Assembly: GCF_006345805.1 (NCBI RefSeq)
Contig: NC_043002.1
Location: forward strand, 94,364,001-94,428,000
Length of the DNA stretch: 64,000 nucleotides
Source of the DNA: Octopus sinensis
Lineage: Eukaryota
Reading direction: 5' to 3'
Shown: piece after piece, positions 28,190 through 41,881 of the stretch
How the letters are laid out: each line of letters begins with the position of its first letter
How positions within the stretch are numbered: the first letter of the stretch is position 1
The notes under the pieces: model-generated
Database searches by the model: none
The model's input: the letters and a program-made list of their open reading frames with translations, nothing else
Told to the model about the DNA's origin: nothing
Program-made: the position numbers and the translations under genes

Positions 28190-28535
28190 AGCAGCAATAG
28201 CAGCAATAGCAGCAGCAGCAGCAGCAGTAGTAGTAGCAGCAGCAGTAGTACCAGCGGCAGCAGCAGCAGCAGCAACAGTAGTGCCCTCATCAAAATCATT
28301 AGCAGCAATACCAATGGCAGTAGAAGTAGCTATGGTAACAACAGAAAAAACAGTGGTAGCGGCAGCAAAAGTAGTGGTTGCGGGGGCAGCAGCAGTAGTA
28401 GCAGTAGTAGTATTAGTATTAGTAGTAGTAGTAGTAGCAGCAGCAGCAGCAGTTGTAGTAGTAGTAGTAGTAGTAGTAGTAATAGTAGTAGTCGTAGTAG
28501 TAGTAGTAGTAGAAGCAGCAGCAGCAGCAGCAGTT

Positions 28536-28577
<42 letters not shown>

Positions 28578-28619
28578 ATAGTAGTAGTAGTAGTAGTAGT
28601 AGAAGCAGCAGCAGCAGTT

Positions 28620-28672
<53 letters not shown>
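28190..28672. repeat. Compound (AGC)n/(AGT)n trinucleotide repeat
   Basis: Direct reading. Confidence 0.95.
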
Positions 28673-29107
28673 TTAATTAGATATAAATGCAAGATACAGA
28701 TTGTAAGGACTGTTATCGTTGCTTAACTCCATGTCATGCCTGATCAAGGAGACCTACAATCAACAGCATTTCATTCGTGACCATCTTGTTTTTCCCTATG
28801 TGCTGTTGAGCCCAATACTACGTTATCAAAGGTGTCCCTTTCTATGACAGGAAAATTTTATTTGAAGGAATTTAGTCTAACAAGTTGATGGTCTAGATGG
28901 AAGCCTCCTTGGTTTAGGTTTGTTGATATCAGTTCTGTTATCGTGAGGAATGAGTACGTTTTGGGTTTTTTTAAATTTTCAAAGTGTAAAAAAGATTGAA
29001 CAAGATAGATTATCGTTTCTGAAATAGATTCTGCGAAACCCTAGGATTGAATGATGAGGTTCTGGTTTCCGACAGATAAGAGCAATTTCAATAATTAAAA
29101 AAATATT

Positions 29108-29540
29108 GGATCTTTTCGGTTTGAACGGCAGCTTTTAACATAATTTCTAGGTAACTAAAAAATTTTAAACTTCGTATACTGGTAGAATGTGTTTATAAAA
29201 CATCTTTTTCGCTTGACTTTATTGAGAAAATTCTATAGTTTCTAAGATATTTGTTGTTATTTTTCTTCAATTTCTGCAAGTTCAACCAATCAATTACGTC
29301 CATTGAGGTAAAAAACATTCTGTGCCGTATGAATATGTCCCTCGTTTAAGAAACAGATTGGGTTTATTTACATTTGTGAAGAAAAAAAGATGCCCTTCCC
29401 CCTACCCCTAACCCTAACCCTAACTAACCCTAACCGTAAAACAGATTGAAATGCAATAGATCGATACTAGAGTCATAATTATGGGTAACAATTTCATATG
29501 ACATCGCTAGAAAAAACTGCCGTTCAAACCGAAAAGATCC
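29108..29540. mobile_element. MITE with 24-bp TIRs, 8-bp TSD (Merlin-like), internal (CCCTAA)n
   Basis: TIR GGATCTTTTCGGTTTGAACGGCAG; flanks AAAATATT/AAATTATT (7/8 match). Confidence 0.9.
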
Positions 29541-31289
29541 AAATTATTTATAAAACTAGCACTAAACTCTATTCTAAAAATGGTTAATTATTTTTATGAA
29601 TAAATTGTCTCTCTACAATAGTTTCTGTTTCATATAATGCCGTATTAATATTAGGAGTAGGGATGTCTGTGAAATATAAATATGTGCTCCACGAGGTTTA
29701 GAAAGTCGCTGTAGGTTCCACACCCAAAAGTTGGATAATTACTAGGCTAAGTGGCAAGGCTAGAAAGTGTGTTCGCAGTAAATGATAGATGTAGGGTGGT
29801 ATGAGATGCGAGGGAAGTAGTGGAATTGAGAAGATGACAGTTTAATTACATAATGAAAACAATGATAATTGTTCAGCGATAGTAATAGACACGCAATGGG
29901 AATCTGTAGGTTAATTGGAAGCCAAGTGTTAGCATGTATTGTTAAATACTAATTAACTGTTATATGAAATATGGCTTTTCTTCGTTTTTTAAAACTATAA
30001 AATGATGTAAGATATACAATATTCTGATATTTTCTTAGTGTGTATCTTTTGTTGATCAATCCGCACTCCTTGGGTTAAAATTCCGCCTCTTAAAGAAAAG
30101 CTTATCTTTTTGGTTGAGAAATCAGAGCAAAGTAACGTTCAGAGAGAGATAGAAATTCGATTACTTTCGTGAGACGATGCAATGTAATTACGTAAAAGAA
30201 AATAATAATTTGGAAAATACTAATTAACAAACAATGAATTTCTTAAACTGAAAATAAAATATCTAAGAATGTAATTCTGTTTTTCTATACAAGAGAATAA
30301 AATGGTTTATGATCTATTCGTGACTGAAATTACAATTATATCATATAAGATAACTCAATACTACTAAAATGATGTTACTGTAAAGAAGTTAAAAATATAG
30401 ATAAGATAAATTGAGGTTATGGATTAACAGATAAGTTTGCGCCGTGTGTAATCAGGTTGTTATAAAACAATTTATGTGATAATATGAACTGAATATTGGT
30501 AAAGTGTATTTGATAAGACAAGTTCGAATTCAATGCCATTATCAGGAATTATTTTCAGGGAACTGCGTAAACAATGCGAAAACATTGATAATTTCATAAT
30601 GAATGGACATCTATTGTTACTTCTGGGGAGAGCATTAAAGACTTATCTAGCTTAAGGTTGTCTAAGATTAGTTGATAACGCTTATTTCTATAGAACTGCA
30701 GTAATATAAATACATGACTCTCATAATAGCTGTACGAAATGATATGCTTGGATATCTGAGGATAAGGCATAACATACCTTAAGATAATATATATAAGATA
30801 TAAATTGAACAATTTGATATTTGTATATAATTTCTTTTCCATGGCAGTCTTTATTGTAACTTTGTATATCTAGCGGAACTAAGCTCAACTGAATCAGCTT
30901 TCGTTGCTCCAGTATCTCACATTTTACAAAGATCCATTGATATATATTATTTTTCACTACACATAATATGGGTTAATGTTAGATGTAGTAGGGGTGACGG
31001 AATGTAAAGTTAGTAAGGACACAGAAATCACAAAATAGCAGCACAGATAAATTAAAGAAAAAAACACAGTCGAGTTTAAGTTATAATTGAATTAAGCACT
31101 CAGTTCGTATTGACACAACTGTTGCCTGTAACACGATGAAGCACTACAACTGTCGTAAACATTAACGCAAACATTACTAGTGCTAAATGTATTATAAGCA
31201 ACATTATAACTGATTGGAACAACGATTTGATTCTATAATTATTCACCTCTTTTTTGCGAGCGACTTGACTTCTACATCAAGATTTGTTG

Positions 31290-31573
31290 GTCGTTGTTGT
31301 TGTTGCTGTTGTTGTTGTTCTTGTCGTTGTTGTTGTTATTGTTGTTGTTGTTGTTCTTCTTCTTCTTCTTTTCTTCTTCTTCTTCTTATTATTACTGCTG
31401 CTGCTACTACTACTACTACTACTACTACTACTGCCACCACAATCACCACCACCACTACTACTACTACCACCACCACCGCCACCCCCCACCACCACCACTA
31501 CCACCACCGCCACCCCCACCCCCACGCCACCGCAACCCCACGCCACCGCAACCGCCACCGCCACCGCCACCCC

Positions 31574-31612
<39 letters not shown>
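31290..31612. repeat. Serial trinucleotide repeats GTT-CTT-ATT-GCT-ACT-ACC-GCC-ACT
   Basis: Direct reading. Confidence 0.95.
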
Positions 31613-31613
<1 letters not shown>

Positions 31614-31887
31614 AGTGTCTAACATCGCTTAGCTTGTAAGACTTCCTTTTATCGAAGGTATGAAATGTCCATCCATCGATTGCTAGCCCTTCCACGTCAT
31701 TTGTCTTCAAAACTGGAATGGTGTTCAATAAAGGGGGGGGGCGAGACAGTCTCATTTGATATTTAGCATTTGGTACCTGGTTAGTCGAGGAGATCAGGCT
31801 GGAGTACAACAAGCGCTTTTGAGTAGAATTGAGACAGCTTGTAATACACATCACGTACATACAATGGCAGTTAAACATGTATATATA

Positions 31888-32103
31888 TGAGAGGGTCTTG
31901 ATAAGTTCTTGGCTTTACGGGTATTATGAAAGGCCTGGTTGAAGCCCCAGCCTTACGAGTTCTTTTACAGTGCTTAGAAAAACTGAAGGACCGCTGCAAT
32001 AACTGTGCGAATCCAAGCGGAGAATACGTTGAATAAAATCATAATTAACTGATCCTCCTATATTCTCTTTGACCCAAAGCAAGGAACTTTTCAGCACCTC
32101 TCG
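31888..32103 (+). mobile_element. Mariner-derived MITE
   Basis: Imperfect ~28-bp TIRs, TA flanks; retains transposase C-terminus EKLKDRCNNCANPSGEYVE*. Confidence 0.85.
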
Positions 32104-32242
32104 TATATGTATGTATATATGTGTGTGTTTGTTTGTGTGTGTATACATATATGTATGTATACGTACACACACATATCTATATTTATATCTATAACTACAT
32201 CTATCTGTCTGTCTGTCTGTATCTCTGTATGTATGTATGTAT

Positions 32243-32640
32243 GTATGTATGTTAGTGTCAGGTCACTTTTGAGTGCTACTGGTAACATGTAACCCAGTAC
32301 AATCTGTTGCATGGTCGGGTCGTCGGCGGCTAAACCGGCAACCCCACCAAGCTTGCTTGGTGAGGTGGGTGTTTATTGCACACCCTGCGGGGTGAAAAAC
32401 AAAACTCGTCAAAGAGCGGAGGAACTCTTCAGAGCCAACTGCCATCCAATAAATGTATTAAGGCTGGATTATGCGCGCAGACATAGAAATAATCGGACTG
32501 AATACCCGATCGCGCGGTTAAACCATTGGGAGTGAAGGACTCCTAGCCTTTGTTAGGAGAAGGTATCTCAGGTAACTGGGATAACTCCGACATAAAACCT
32601 GCGGCTCAGTGGTTACCGATGATGTTGACTTCTTCTTTTC
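32243..32640 (+). mobile_element. Probable RTE LINE 5' UTR fragment
   Basis: GC-richer block GGTCGGGTCGTCGGCGGCTAAACCGGC...AAACCTGCGGCTCAGTGG resembling recalled RTE 5' ends. Confidence 0.5.
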
Positions 32641-32722
32641 GGATTATGGCTGCTGTTGCTTAGTGAGTGGGATTGACTCAGTACAAAGCCTTTCCTCACT
32701 TTAAAAAAATCTTCTTGCACAG

Positions 32723-32794
32723 ACATTGCACGATATCAACATTGATTAAGCTTCGTGCAATTGCCATACACGATAACGAGTGGGCAGCCACCAT
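32723..32794 (+). CDS. Candidate exon (phase 2-2)
   Basis: CTTCTTGCACAG acceptor, GTATGT donor; the only open frame is HCTISTLIKLRAIAIHDNEWAAT. Confidence 0.5.
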
Positions 32795-33127
32795 GTATGT
32801 ATGTATGTATGTATGTATGTATGTATGTATGTATGTATGTATGTATGTATGTATGTATGTATGTGTATGTGTATGCAAAGGATTGAAATCCAAGCTGTAT
32901 CCTCTTAAAGCACATGTTTTAGTTTTCCAAATCCGCTTGTAGATGCTATATTTTTGAGGTTGAAAATATTTGAAAATATTTTCTCCAGAAGACGGAAACT
33001 TTTTTGGTATATTTATTCACCATTATACGTATTTCATTGGCTAAAAGAAGTTATAAAATCGTAGATGTAGTCAATCGAAAGCATGTAGGATATCTCCTAT
33101 TAGAAGTTCTTCAGATAGCCAATCAGA

Positions 33128-33620
33128 GGATCTTTTCGGTTTGAACGGCAGTTTTTAACATAATTTCTAGGTAACTAAAAAATTTTAAACTTCGTATGCT
33201 GGTAGAATGTTTGAACGGCAGTTTTTAACATAATTTCTAGGTAACTAAAAAACTTTAAACTTCGTATGCTGGTAGAATGTGTATATAAAACATCTTTTTC
33301 GCTTGGCTTTATTGAGAAAATTCTATAGTTTGTAAGATATTTGTTGTTTTTTCTTCAATTTCTGCAATTTCAACCAATCACTGACGTCCATTGAGGTAAA
33401 AAACATTCAGTGCCGTATGAATATGTCCCTCGTTTAAGAAACAGATTGGGTTTTTTACATTTGTGAAGAAAAAAATACCCTTCCTCCCACCCCTAACCCT
33501 AACCCTAACCCTAACCGTAAAATAGATTGAAATGCAATAGATCGATATTAGGGTTATAATTATGGGTGACAATTTCATATGACACCGCTAGAAAAACTAC
33601 TGATCAAACCGAAAAGATCC
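33128..33620. mobile_element. Second Merlin-like MITE with internal 70-bp tandem duplication
   Basis: Same TIR; perfect 8-bp TSD CAATCAGA (33120-27, 33621-28); 33139-33208 duplicated; (CCCTAA)4 at ~33491. Confidence 0.92.
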
Positions 33621-34108
33621 CAATCAGATAATACTTTACCCCCTGTCTGAAGAATTAAGAGGCGGTATCTTACATGTTTTCTGCTACAAGGGCTATTTTG
33701 CAACTCGTTTTAGAAAATGAAACACATGCAATGGTCAATAAATAGTGCCAAAATTTTTCCAGTCTCCTATTTTGATTTGATTCGTTCTCAGTCGAAAGAC
33801 GCCTGTTATCTCTTGTTTGTATTCGTAATTGTGTACCATGATCGCCGTTTTTTTTTTGTCTTTGTTGCCGTACACATTCGCTAGCTTTCTTACAAAGGGG
33901 TCTAATGCTCTTAGCTCAGACTTTTTTGAGGGTAACCAAATCGAACCATCTCAAGTGTAATGGTCGTGACTTCTGGGACTTGACTGAAGAAAGAAAACCA
34001 AGAATAACCCGTCTTTTTTGCCTGTCCTTCTAATTGTTGTGTCTCTTGTCCGCCTTTGTATTGTCCGAACGCATTAATGCCATCTATTGCACTTTTGTTC
34101 CATATATA

Positions 34109-34137
<29 letters not shown>

Positions 34138-34140
<3 letters not shown>

Positions 34141-34437
34141 GAGGCGCAATGGCGCGTTGGTTAGGGCAGCGGACACGCGGTCGTAGAATCGCAGTTTCGA
34201 TTCACAGACCGGACATTGTGAGTGTTTATAGAGCAAAAACACCTAAAGCACCACGAGGCTCCGGCCGGGGGTGGGTGGCGATCCCTGCTGTACTCTTTCG
34301 CCGCAACTTTCTTCTGTTGGCCTGCTCGCTTAGCCAGCGGAGTGGCGTCAATTGAAGGCTAAAACAATGCGACGCGCATTGTGATCAGCGATGTATAGCA
34401 ACATCTGATAGCCTGGTCGGTCACGTGGTCACGTGGA
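34138..34437 (+). mobile_element. SINE family B
   Basis: Colinear with 11977-12289. Confidence 0.9.
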
Positions 34438-34589
34438 TATATATATATATTCTCTTCTTTTATTCGTTTATTTGTTTCAGTCATTTGACTGCGGCCATGC
34501 TGGAGCACCGCCTTTAGTCGAACAAATCGACCCCAGGACTTATTCTTGACCGAGGTTAACCTCATTTAATTAATGTGAGACGCAGACAT

Positions 34590-35104
34590 AAAGCCTTCTG
34601 ATGTAACTAAGTTCATACGTTAATTTTCAACACTCAATTTGGATATTCAGAGAATATCTGCAATCATCCTGGTCGTATAAAGAGTGTTGGAGTCGATTAT
34701 CTCCTTCATTTTGTCGTTGTTAATTTCAGCTAGCCGTGCCATAACGAGAACCAAAAGATTTCCGGATCGAAATCATGAAAACTCTTTCTAGCACACGTTT
34801 TCTATAGCACCATTTCCATACACAGTGCACATCTTCCTACAAGTTTCCGCTGCTTTTTGCCTTTTTTAAATAAAAAAAAAAGCATCAGGTGTCGAGTCGA
34901 TATAGTCCGTTTTTGGCTCTCCATTTTCATGGTGTTCGCAAGCACACAAAATACAACCTGTCTCGTCGCAAATTGGCATCAAACTACGTTGAAGTATCAA
35001 GTATAAAACGAGTGAGCATGTGCAAGAGACAGGGTGAAATAAGCTATTTGTTAGAGTGCTCGAAGTTCAGTACTTGCAAAAACCGAACGGACATTTTGGC
35101 CAAC

Positions 35105-35108
<4 letters not shown>
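34590..35108 (-). mobile_element. Mariner (Hsmar1-like) 5' fragment
   Basis: TIR TA|TTGGGTTGGCCAAAATGTCCGTTCGGTTTT; HTH region KAAETCRKMCTVYGNGA on the minus strand. Confidence 0.8.
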
Positions 35109-35190
<82 letters not shown>

Positions 35191-35223
35191 TGTATGTATG
35201 TATGTATGTATGTATGTATGTAT

Positions 35224-35790
35224 AAATGTGTTTTATGGTGAGCTTGAAGAGGGGAAACGCTATCGGTGTAAATCTAAAAAAAAGCCTTAAGGACAGCATA
35301 AGGACTACTATGAAGTCACTTGGAATGGATCCAGAAGACATAGAAACCCTTTCTTCGGATCGAGTTGGATGGCGAACAAAAGTGTGGAGTGGAGTGAAAG
35401 CATTTCAAGAGGCCAGGATAACACATGTAAGACTCAAAAGAGATCTAAGGAAGAATGTTATGATTGAGAAGGGGAATGACATTGATCTTTTTGTGTGCAG
35501 AATTTGTGACAGACCGTGCCTTTCTTTTCCTGGGCTCAAATCTCATTTGTGAACCCATGGTAAACTAACCTCCACCAACTATTCTGCATATATGTCTGTG
35601 CACACCTTTGAGTGCAGTGTATGCCAGAAGGTTTGCAAATCTAATGAAAGCCATTTTAAGATCCACAAAGATCAGAACTTATCTGCAGCTCTTGGTGGTC
35701 CAAATTGGATGTGTAATCTATGTGGGTGTCCTTTCAGAACATTGTCTGGTTTTAAAAGCCACATCAGATGCCATGTGGGCGGTAAGGTGT
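35224..35790 (+). mobile_element. RTE-type LINE ORF2 C-terminus with three C2H2-like fingers
   Basis: [10 protein letters not shown]; [29 protein letters not shown]; CRICDR..GLKSHL*TH; CSVCQKVCK..HFKIH; CNLCG..GFKSHIRCH. Confidence 0.85.
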
Positions 35791-37741
35791 AGGTACAGGA
35801 GGTGGTCAAAATCTGCATAAGGACAACCACCATACACATATATACATACATACATACATACATACATACATACATACATACATACATACATACATACATT
35901 GATATATATATATATACTCGCACATACACACAAAGACCCCCAAACACACACCATACACGTATACACACCACACACAAACACACGCACACACACACATATA
36001 TATATATATATACGAATACTAGCAGCGTAAAACTTCGAAGTCACTGTCACCCTTCTACTTGTAAAATATTAATTAACATAATCTATTAAAAAGCATTTAA
36101 AAAGCAATTTTTTCTCTATATATATATAACTTGACATACAAATAAACATTAATATTAGATGTGTGTCTGTCCTTGCGGTGTGGATGTCTGTGTATGTACG
36201 TATTTATATATGTACAAATAAAGAGCAATTCCTTAAATATTTTGAACATTTAGTAGGAAACAAAGATTGCACAAATAGTGATCCAGAGATTAAACAAATT
36301 TTATTATTTGTGTTTTCCTCCAATCTACTTTCGGAGCATTATTTTTTTCTACATAGAGACATTCATGTAAGAAGGTCTCAAACTCACTGCCCCCAATTAC
36401 TGATTAAATTGATTCTGAAATACATCAACCACAAAGTGAAACAACTAAAGGTTTTTAAAAAAATAGACTCATAATATAAGCCATTCGTGATGGCTTAACC
36501 TGCTACAAATAGTAGCCAAATCTCCCTCTGACATACTTCCTCGTCTTAAGGAAGACAAGACATATTAAGCAATATTGTCCTAGACAGATTATGTCTTGTA
36601 AAGTAGACAAAAGTATAACACCTTCGATTATAGATCTACTCGACCAGGGTTAAGCTGGGACTAAAGAATAGCAATAAAATTGGTTCTTCACAAAACACAA
36701 ATACAAAGTTTGTATAAACTCATAAGAGGTCTCATATCTATAGTTTTCATGATGGTGTCCAGCAATGATCTGTTTTAATCCCCTATTCTTCTCCCTGCTT
36801 CCAACCTATCTTCTTTGATCTTCACATGCATATTACATAAACAACTTAACCCGATTATTGTATTATAATAATGTTACAACAAAACAAAAAGACAAGTTTA
36901 GAGTTATTTGAATTCTAAATATATAAAAGTTGTCTCGTCTATACAAATAGGCAAATAATTACACCAAACGTATTAATTACTTCTCAAGAGCAACACTGAT
37001 TAATAAAATGAAGTAGTGTCAAAGATAACACATATTCATTCAACCATTGAATTACTTGGTCTCTTAGACATTATCTCCAGGTCTTTCAAACGATACATTG
37101 AAAAACACAAAAGCAAGATGAAAAGCTAAACACAATTATTTGGATTCATTGGTGCAACATTTAATGGACCTTCAATTTTTTTCCGTATTCCGTAATAATT
37201 ATCGACTCGTCAAAACAATAGCTTTCGTATTATAACATCATGTTCGTGCATCTATAACTAATGTGAATAATGAATATAAAAACCAAAATTCATTTTTCGA
37301 TGCAACTGCTCTGCCAACAGTTTGATGTTATGTCTTCTACAATCATATCTTTGTTCTCAGTTCACGCAAGTTCACTCCACTTACGTCGTTTTCACCCCCG
37401 AGAAAAACATAAACGTTATGATAACTGGTATTTTGGAAATGAAAACTGAAAAGCTTAGTAAAAATTAAATAGAATTTAAATATTTAATTCATATCTAATA
37501 TTTCAAAGTTATCTCTGTGTGAAACTATTGAACTGAACTAAAGTTTTGTTAACTTTGAAGGTCGAGATGAAATGGAAAGTTGAGTCCTGTCAGGAGAACT
37601 ATTCTAAATGCTCTAAATTTATTGAAGGATTTACTGCTCAGACATAACATAGCTAAGGATATCAACTGATATCTAATAATTTCTTGCATACGCAGACATA
37701 ATATTCAGGATAAGCAAAGAAATGAATATGTGCTTCTCCAG

Positions 37742-37839
37742 CGAACCTTCCTATTATAAATGGTCACAATTGGAAAATGAAAGAAATCGTAAATTCAGTA
37801 TTCTAAAGCGATACAACTCGTCAGTCAATTTTAGTTCTG
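37742..37839 (+). CDS. Candidate exon (phase 2 start)
   Basis: GCTTCTCCAG acceptor, CTG|GTAGGT donor (alternative donor after 37843); open EPSYYKWSQLENERNRKFSILKRYNSSVNFSS; in phase with the 32723 exon. Confidence 0.55.
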
Positions 37840-38777
37840 GTAGGTAGACATAAAGATTATTTCCACTGAGGAAGTGTAATAAGATCGAAAAATACGTAGT
37901 GGTTGTCTCCGTAATAATCAAAGATAGCATCCATACCTTGCTGCAAGTTCTCATTCTATTTTGAACCAAACTGACTATCGGAGTTGTTTCCCATGCTTTT
38001 TTTGATGAGAAATGTTATTAATACTAATTATATTTCTCTGCACTATATTAAGTATTTCAATCATGAAAGTAAGTTTTCCAAGTACGCTGTTCAAACTTGC
38101 TATCGATATCTTTTGCGTTACTTTGCGTTTCCCGTTGGCAGTGTTTTTGTGTATCTCGTCAAAGAGAGTGACGAAATTTGAATAATTTATATTTTAATTA
38201 TTTTCTTTCGACTCAGCATAAGTTCCACCCTGTTTTAGGACAGAGCAACTGGATTGATTAAAATATTGATTAATATATCACAAGTACTTATTTCATGAAC
38301 GTTAAAGAAAGTAAATTTTGTTATCGTTTGATCTTAGATCAAAATAAATTAGATACACTAAAGCATCAAATCTATTTATTTACCTTAGTGTTCATCACAT
38401 TATCTGGTATCCAATTAGTTATAATTAGTCAAAGATACAAATATCTTTTTCTGGAGAGCCACACAAATTCTGAAAGAACCGAGAAGATCAAAAGGAATCA
38501 AGGCGTTGAGGTTTGAATTCAAATAAGACTTAGGAATATATATGCATAGTTGTCTACAGCTTCACCTCGGAATCTACTTTGGTCAAAGATCTTACGATTT
38601 TAAAATTCATTTGATACAATATTTCACCCATACGTGTATTCCTAGTTGACAATATCTTATTGTCGAACAGTAAAAGCAGTCTAATTCGTCCTGGTAGTAG
38701 GAGTTAAATAAAGAATGCTGTCAATAAAGAAATGTTTGTGTTCACTTTGCAACCAAGTTGTTCTATTTTCAATCCAG

Positions 38778-38809
38778 CTATGTAACACCTTCGGAAGACC
38801 TATTCTACT
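38778..38809 (+). CDS. Candidate 32-nt exon
   Basis: TTCTATTTTCAATCCAG acceptor and GTAAGT donor; YVTPSEDLFY. Confidence 0.5.
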
Positions 38810-40058
38810 GTAAGTCACAGGTTGACCAATACCTTGTCAGTGGTACCGCGGGTTCGCGTTCCACGAGCAGTCTTCGACTTTTCTTATCCAGAAGGTATTT
38901 TGACCCAATATTTACATACTATTATTTATAGTTTCATCTGCTTCGAGACCCCCCCCCCCATCAGCACCAAAAAGTATATTCTGTAAAGGAGGAACATATA
39001 CAACTCAGAATTGTCAGTTAGACCTTAATACTACAAAGTACAGTACAATCAGCCGCCACTCGCTGAGTATGGCTTGGTAACATGCACTGGCTTCTGCAAA
39101 TTGTTTTAGGTGCTTGTGTAGTCGCGATCAAACTCACCCCTCACTCCTTACCCAGTAAAACATTCAGGATGTGATGTCTGGAGGTTGAAAGGGTTGCACC
39201 AGCACTAAACAGGTACTCATTTACAACTGTATAGACTAAAGCAATGTGAAATAGTGGTAGGTCGGTCCAAGGATTGAACCTGTAACCTCATTTACAAATA
39301 TTTTCACTGATAAAAGAGATTGTTTCCCTTGTGCCATTTCAGTCACCGTACGATAACTGATAGCGCTATGCGACGGCTCACCGTGAACAAATTACGGAGC
39401 GGGAGTGCTGAGCAGTGATGTATATAAATGCAATGGGTATTACCAGTTCAAATTTGTCTACAGCGAGAAATTTTCTCCATGATAGGACACGGAGAATGGC
39501 TTGTTTAGGAGTTCGAACAAGTCACAAGCATATTTCAACTATCAGTTATCGTACGGTGATTGAAATAGCATCAGAGAAACAATCTGTTTTACCGGTTAGC
39601 AGAGTCCCCTACTTAGTGTCTGTGACCGAAGAGGAGATAATCATTCCGAAATGCTTGCATCTCACAGTCTAGAAGGGTGGCGCTGCGAACTGTTTAGGTT
39701 TATCACACCGCTTGTCCACAGAGAGAAATTTTCTCCATGAAAAAACGCAGTAAATTGCTTGCTTAAGAGTTCGAACGTACCACATGCATATTTGAACTGG
39801 TAATAATATTGCACTATTTTTTATTGTTAGAAGTGAAAGAGTAGCCCCTACATCGCCTTTGTGTACCTTTGAGATTGATGGGAGAAAGGGAAGGAGCCGT
39901 ACCCTACATTTAAAGCTACAGGATCAATTTTGAGAGAGGTAGACTAGAATCGACTTCAATACATTATTGATATTTCTTTTATCGACACTGAACCCAGGAC
40001 ATCTGAAATTAACCGCATTGCGATACGAATTTGAAGCAATCAATTGTCAATCTATAAG

Positions 40059-40191
40059 ACTGTCTCAGCCATTTCATTGTCGCAGAGTTTTATCATAGGC
40101 AAAGGGCTCCAGATTTTAACAATGGTCAAAATATGGGTCGATTTTATAAACCTCAGTACATAACTGGTGCAGATTTTATCGATTCTAGAAG
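40059..40191 (+). CDS. Candidate exon (phase 1 start; donor uncertain)
   Basis: Open CLSHFIVAEFYHRQRAPDFNNGQNMGRFYKPQYITGADFIDSR, in phase with the 38778 exon. Donor GTGTTC is weak; in-frame stop at 40202. Confidence 0.4.
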
Positions 40192-40631
40192 GTGTTCTCA
40201 ATAATAGAATCATGAAAGGAAGATTAAGTTCTTTGTGAATTCCTTCGATGATCTTTCCATTCTTGGTTGAATATTTCATTCCATTCATTTTCCTGGGAAA
40301 GAGATTAACTGTCCCAAGATTTCATTTTCTCTCATTTTCTCCTAAATTCCAAATTTTACGCATAATCGCAAAAAATGAATTTAAAAAAAAATGAAAACCT
40401 CGATGCACACACACACACACACACATACATTTCAATATTTGATGCACAAGATGGTAAATGCTTCATAATCTAACCAGGATATTTGTAGAAAATAGCTACC
40501 TAACTGGAAAATGCTTTAGTATTACGATAAGAAAATGATGCAGCGATTTATTCATATCTATTTCCCTCATTCGATCAAATTAATTTTGATCGAATATTAA
40601 CAGACAAGTGACAAATGACAAATGACAAGCA

Positions 40632-40823
<192 letters not shown>

Positions 40824-40860
40824 GTATTATATATATGTATATATATATATGTATATATAT

Positions 40861-40933
<73 letters not shown>

Positions 40934-41371
40934 TTAATCAAGTCTGCAGTACAGTATACAGACATACAAAAAAAGTCAAACTTACCTATCAGTTGCACTC
41001 TGGTTATTAAAACCGTTGTTAGATGAACAGCACGCTTAGGTGATACTGCACACTCTCCAGAAATGGTACTTATAGAAAAAACATGTAAGTAATACCGCAG
41101 AAATGGCAAGTATGGAAACATATTTTTTCCATGCCTGCCATCTCTTCAGTATTACTTAACTTTGCTGTTTATCTGACATCCAGTTTAAATAATCAGTGTG
41201 CCACCGATTAGTAAGATCAGCTACAATGGATCTTCAATACTGTATAATTTGATTAAAATATCAAATCTATTGACAAATATACGAGTACATATTATTTTAC
41301 TTACGAATTCTTAGATGACAATGTATGTGTGTATATATATAAGCATATATACATATATATATATATATATG

Positions 41372-41516
<145 letters not shown>

Positions 41517-41683
41517 AGGGTAAAACATGAGGTGTTGTATTATTCATACCTTTCTCAAAGCCATAAATTGTACAGTAAATAAATTTAGTTGAATCGATAA
41601 TTGAAAGTATAGCAGTCTTGGACCGCCAATAGAATAACGCTCTCCTTTACGGACTATATTCATCTCCTCAATAAATATTTCAG

Positions 41684-41785
41684 ACCTACTTGTATGGAAG
41701 CAATCACTTAAATTAAACTATAATTTGAAGAAAAAGTCTCAACGAAATTATACATTGAATCCATTGAAACGTGTGCTTCAGAAAG
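41684..41785 (+). CDS. Candidate exon (phase 1-1)
   Basis: ATTTCAG acceptor, AAG|GTAACG donor; LLVWKQSLKLNYNLKKKSQRNYTLNPLKRVLQK. Confidence 0.45.
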
Positions 41786-41881
41786 GTAACGAAAAATTAT
41801 ATTGTGTCAAATAAGTGTGTTAAAGATACGTCAGTTATTAGACAGCTATAAAATACCCTGAAGTTTAATGTTTCTTGTCAG

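Noticed and set aside
29401-29435. Chromosome end or fusion site
   Set aside because: The telomeric hexamers are internal to a MITE and recur at 33491.
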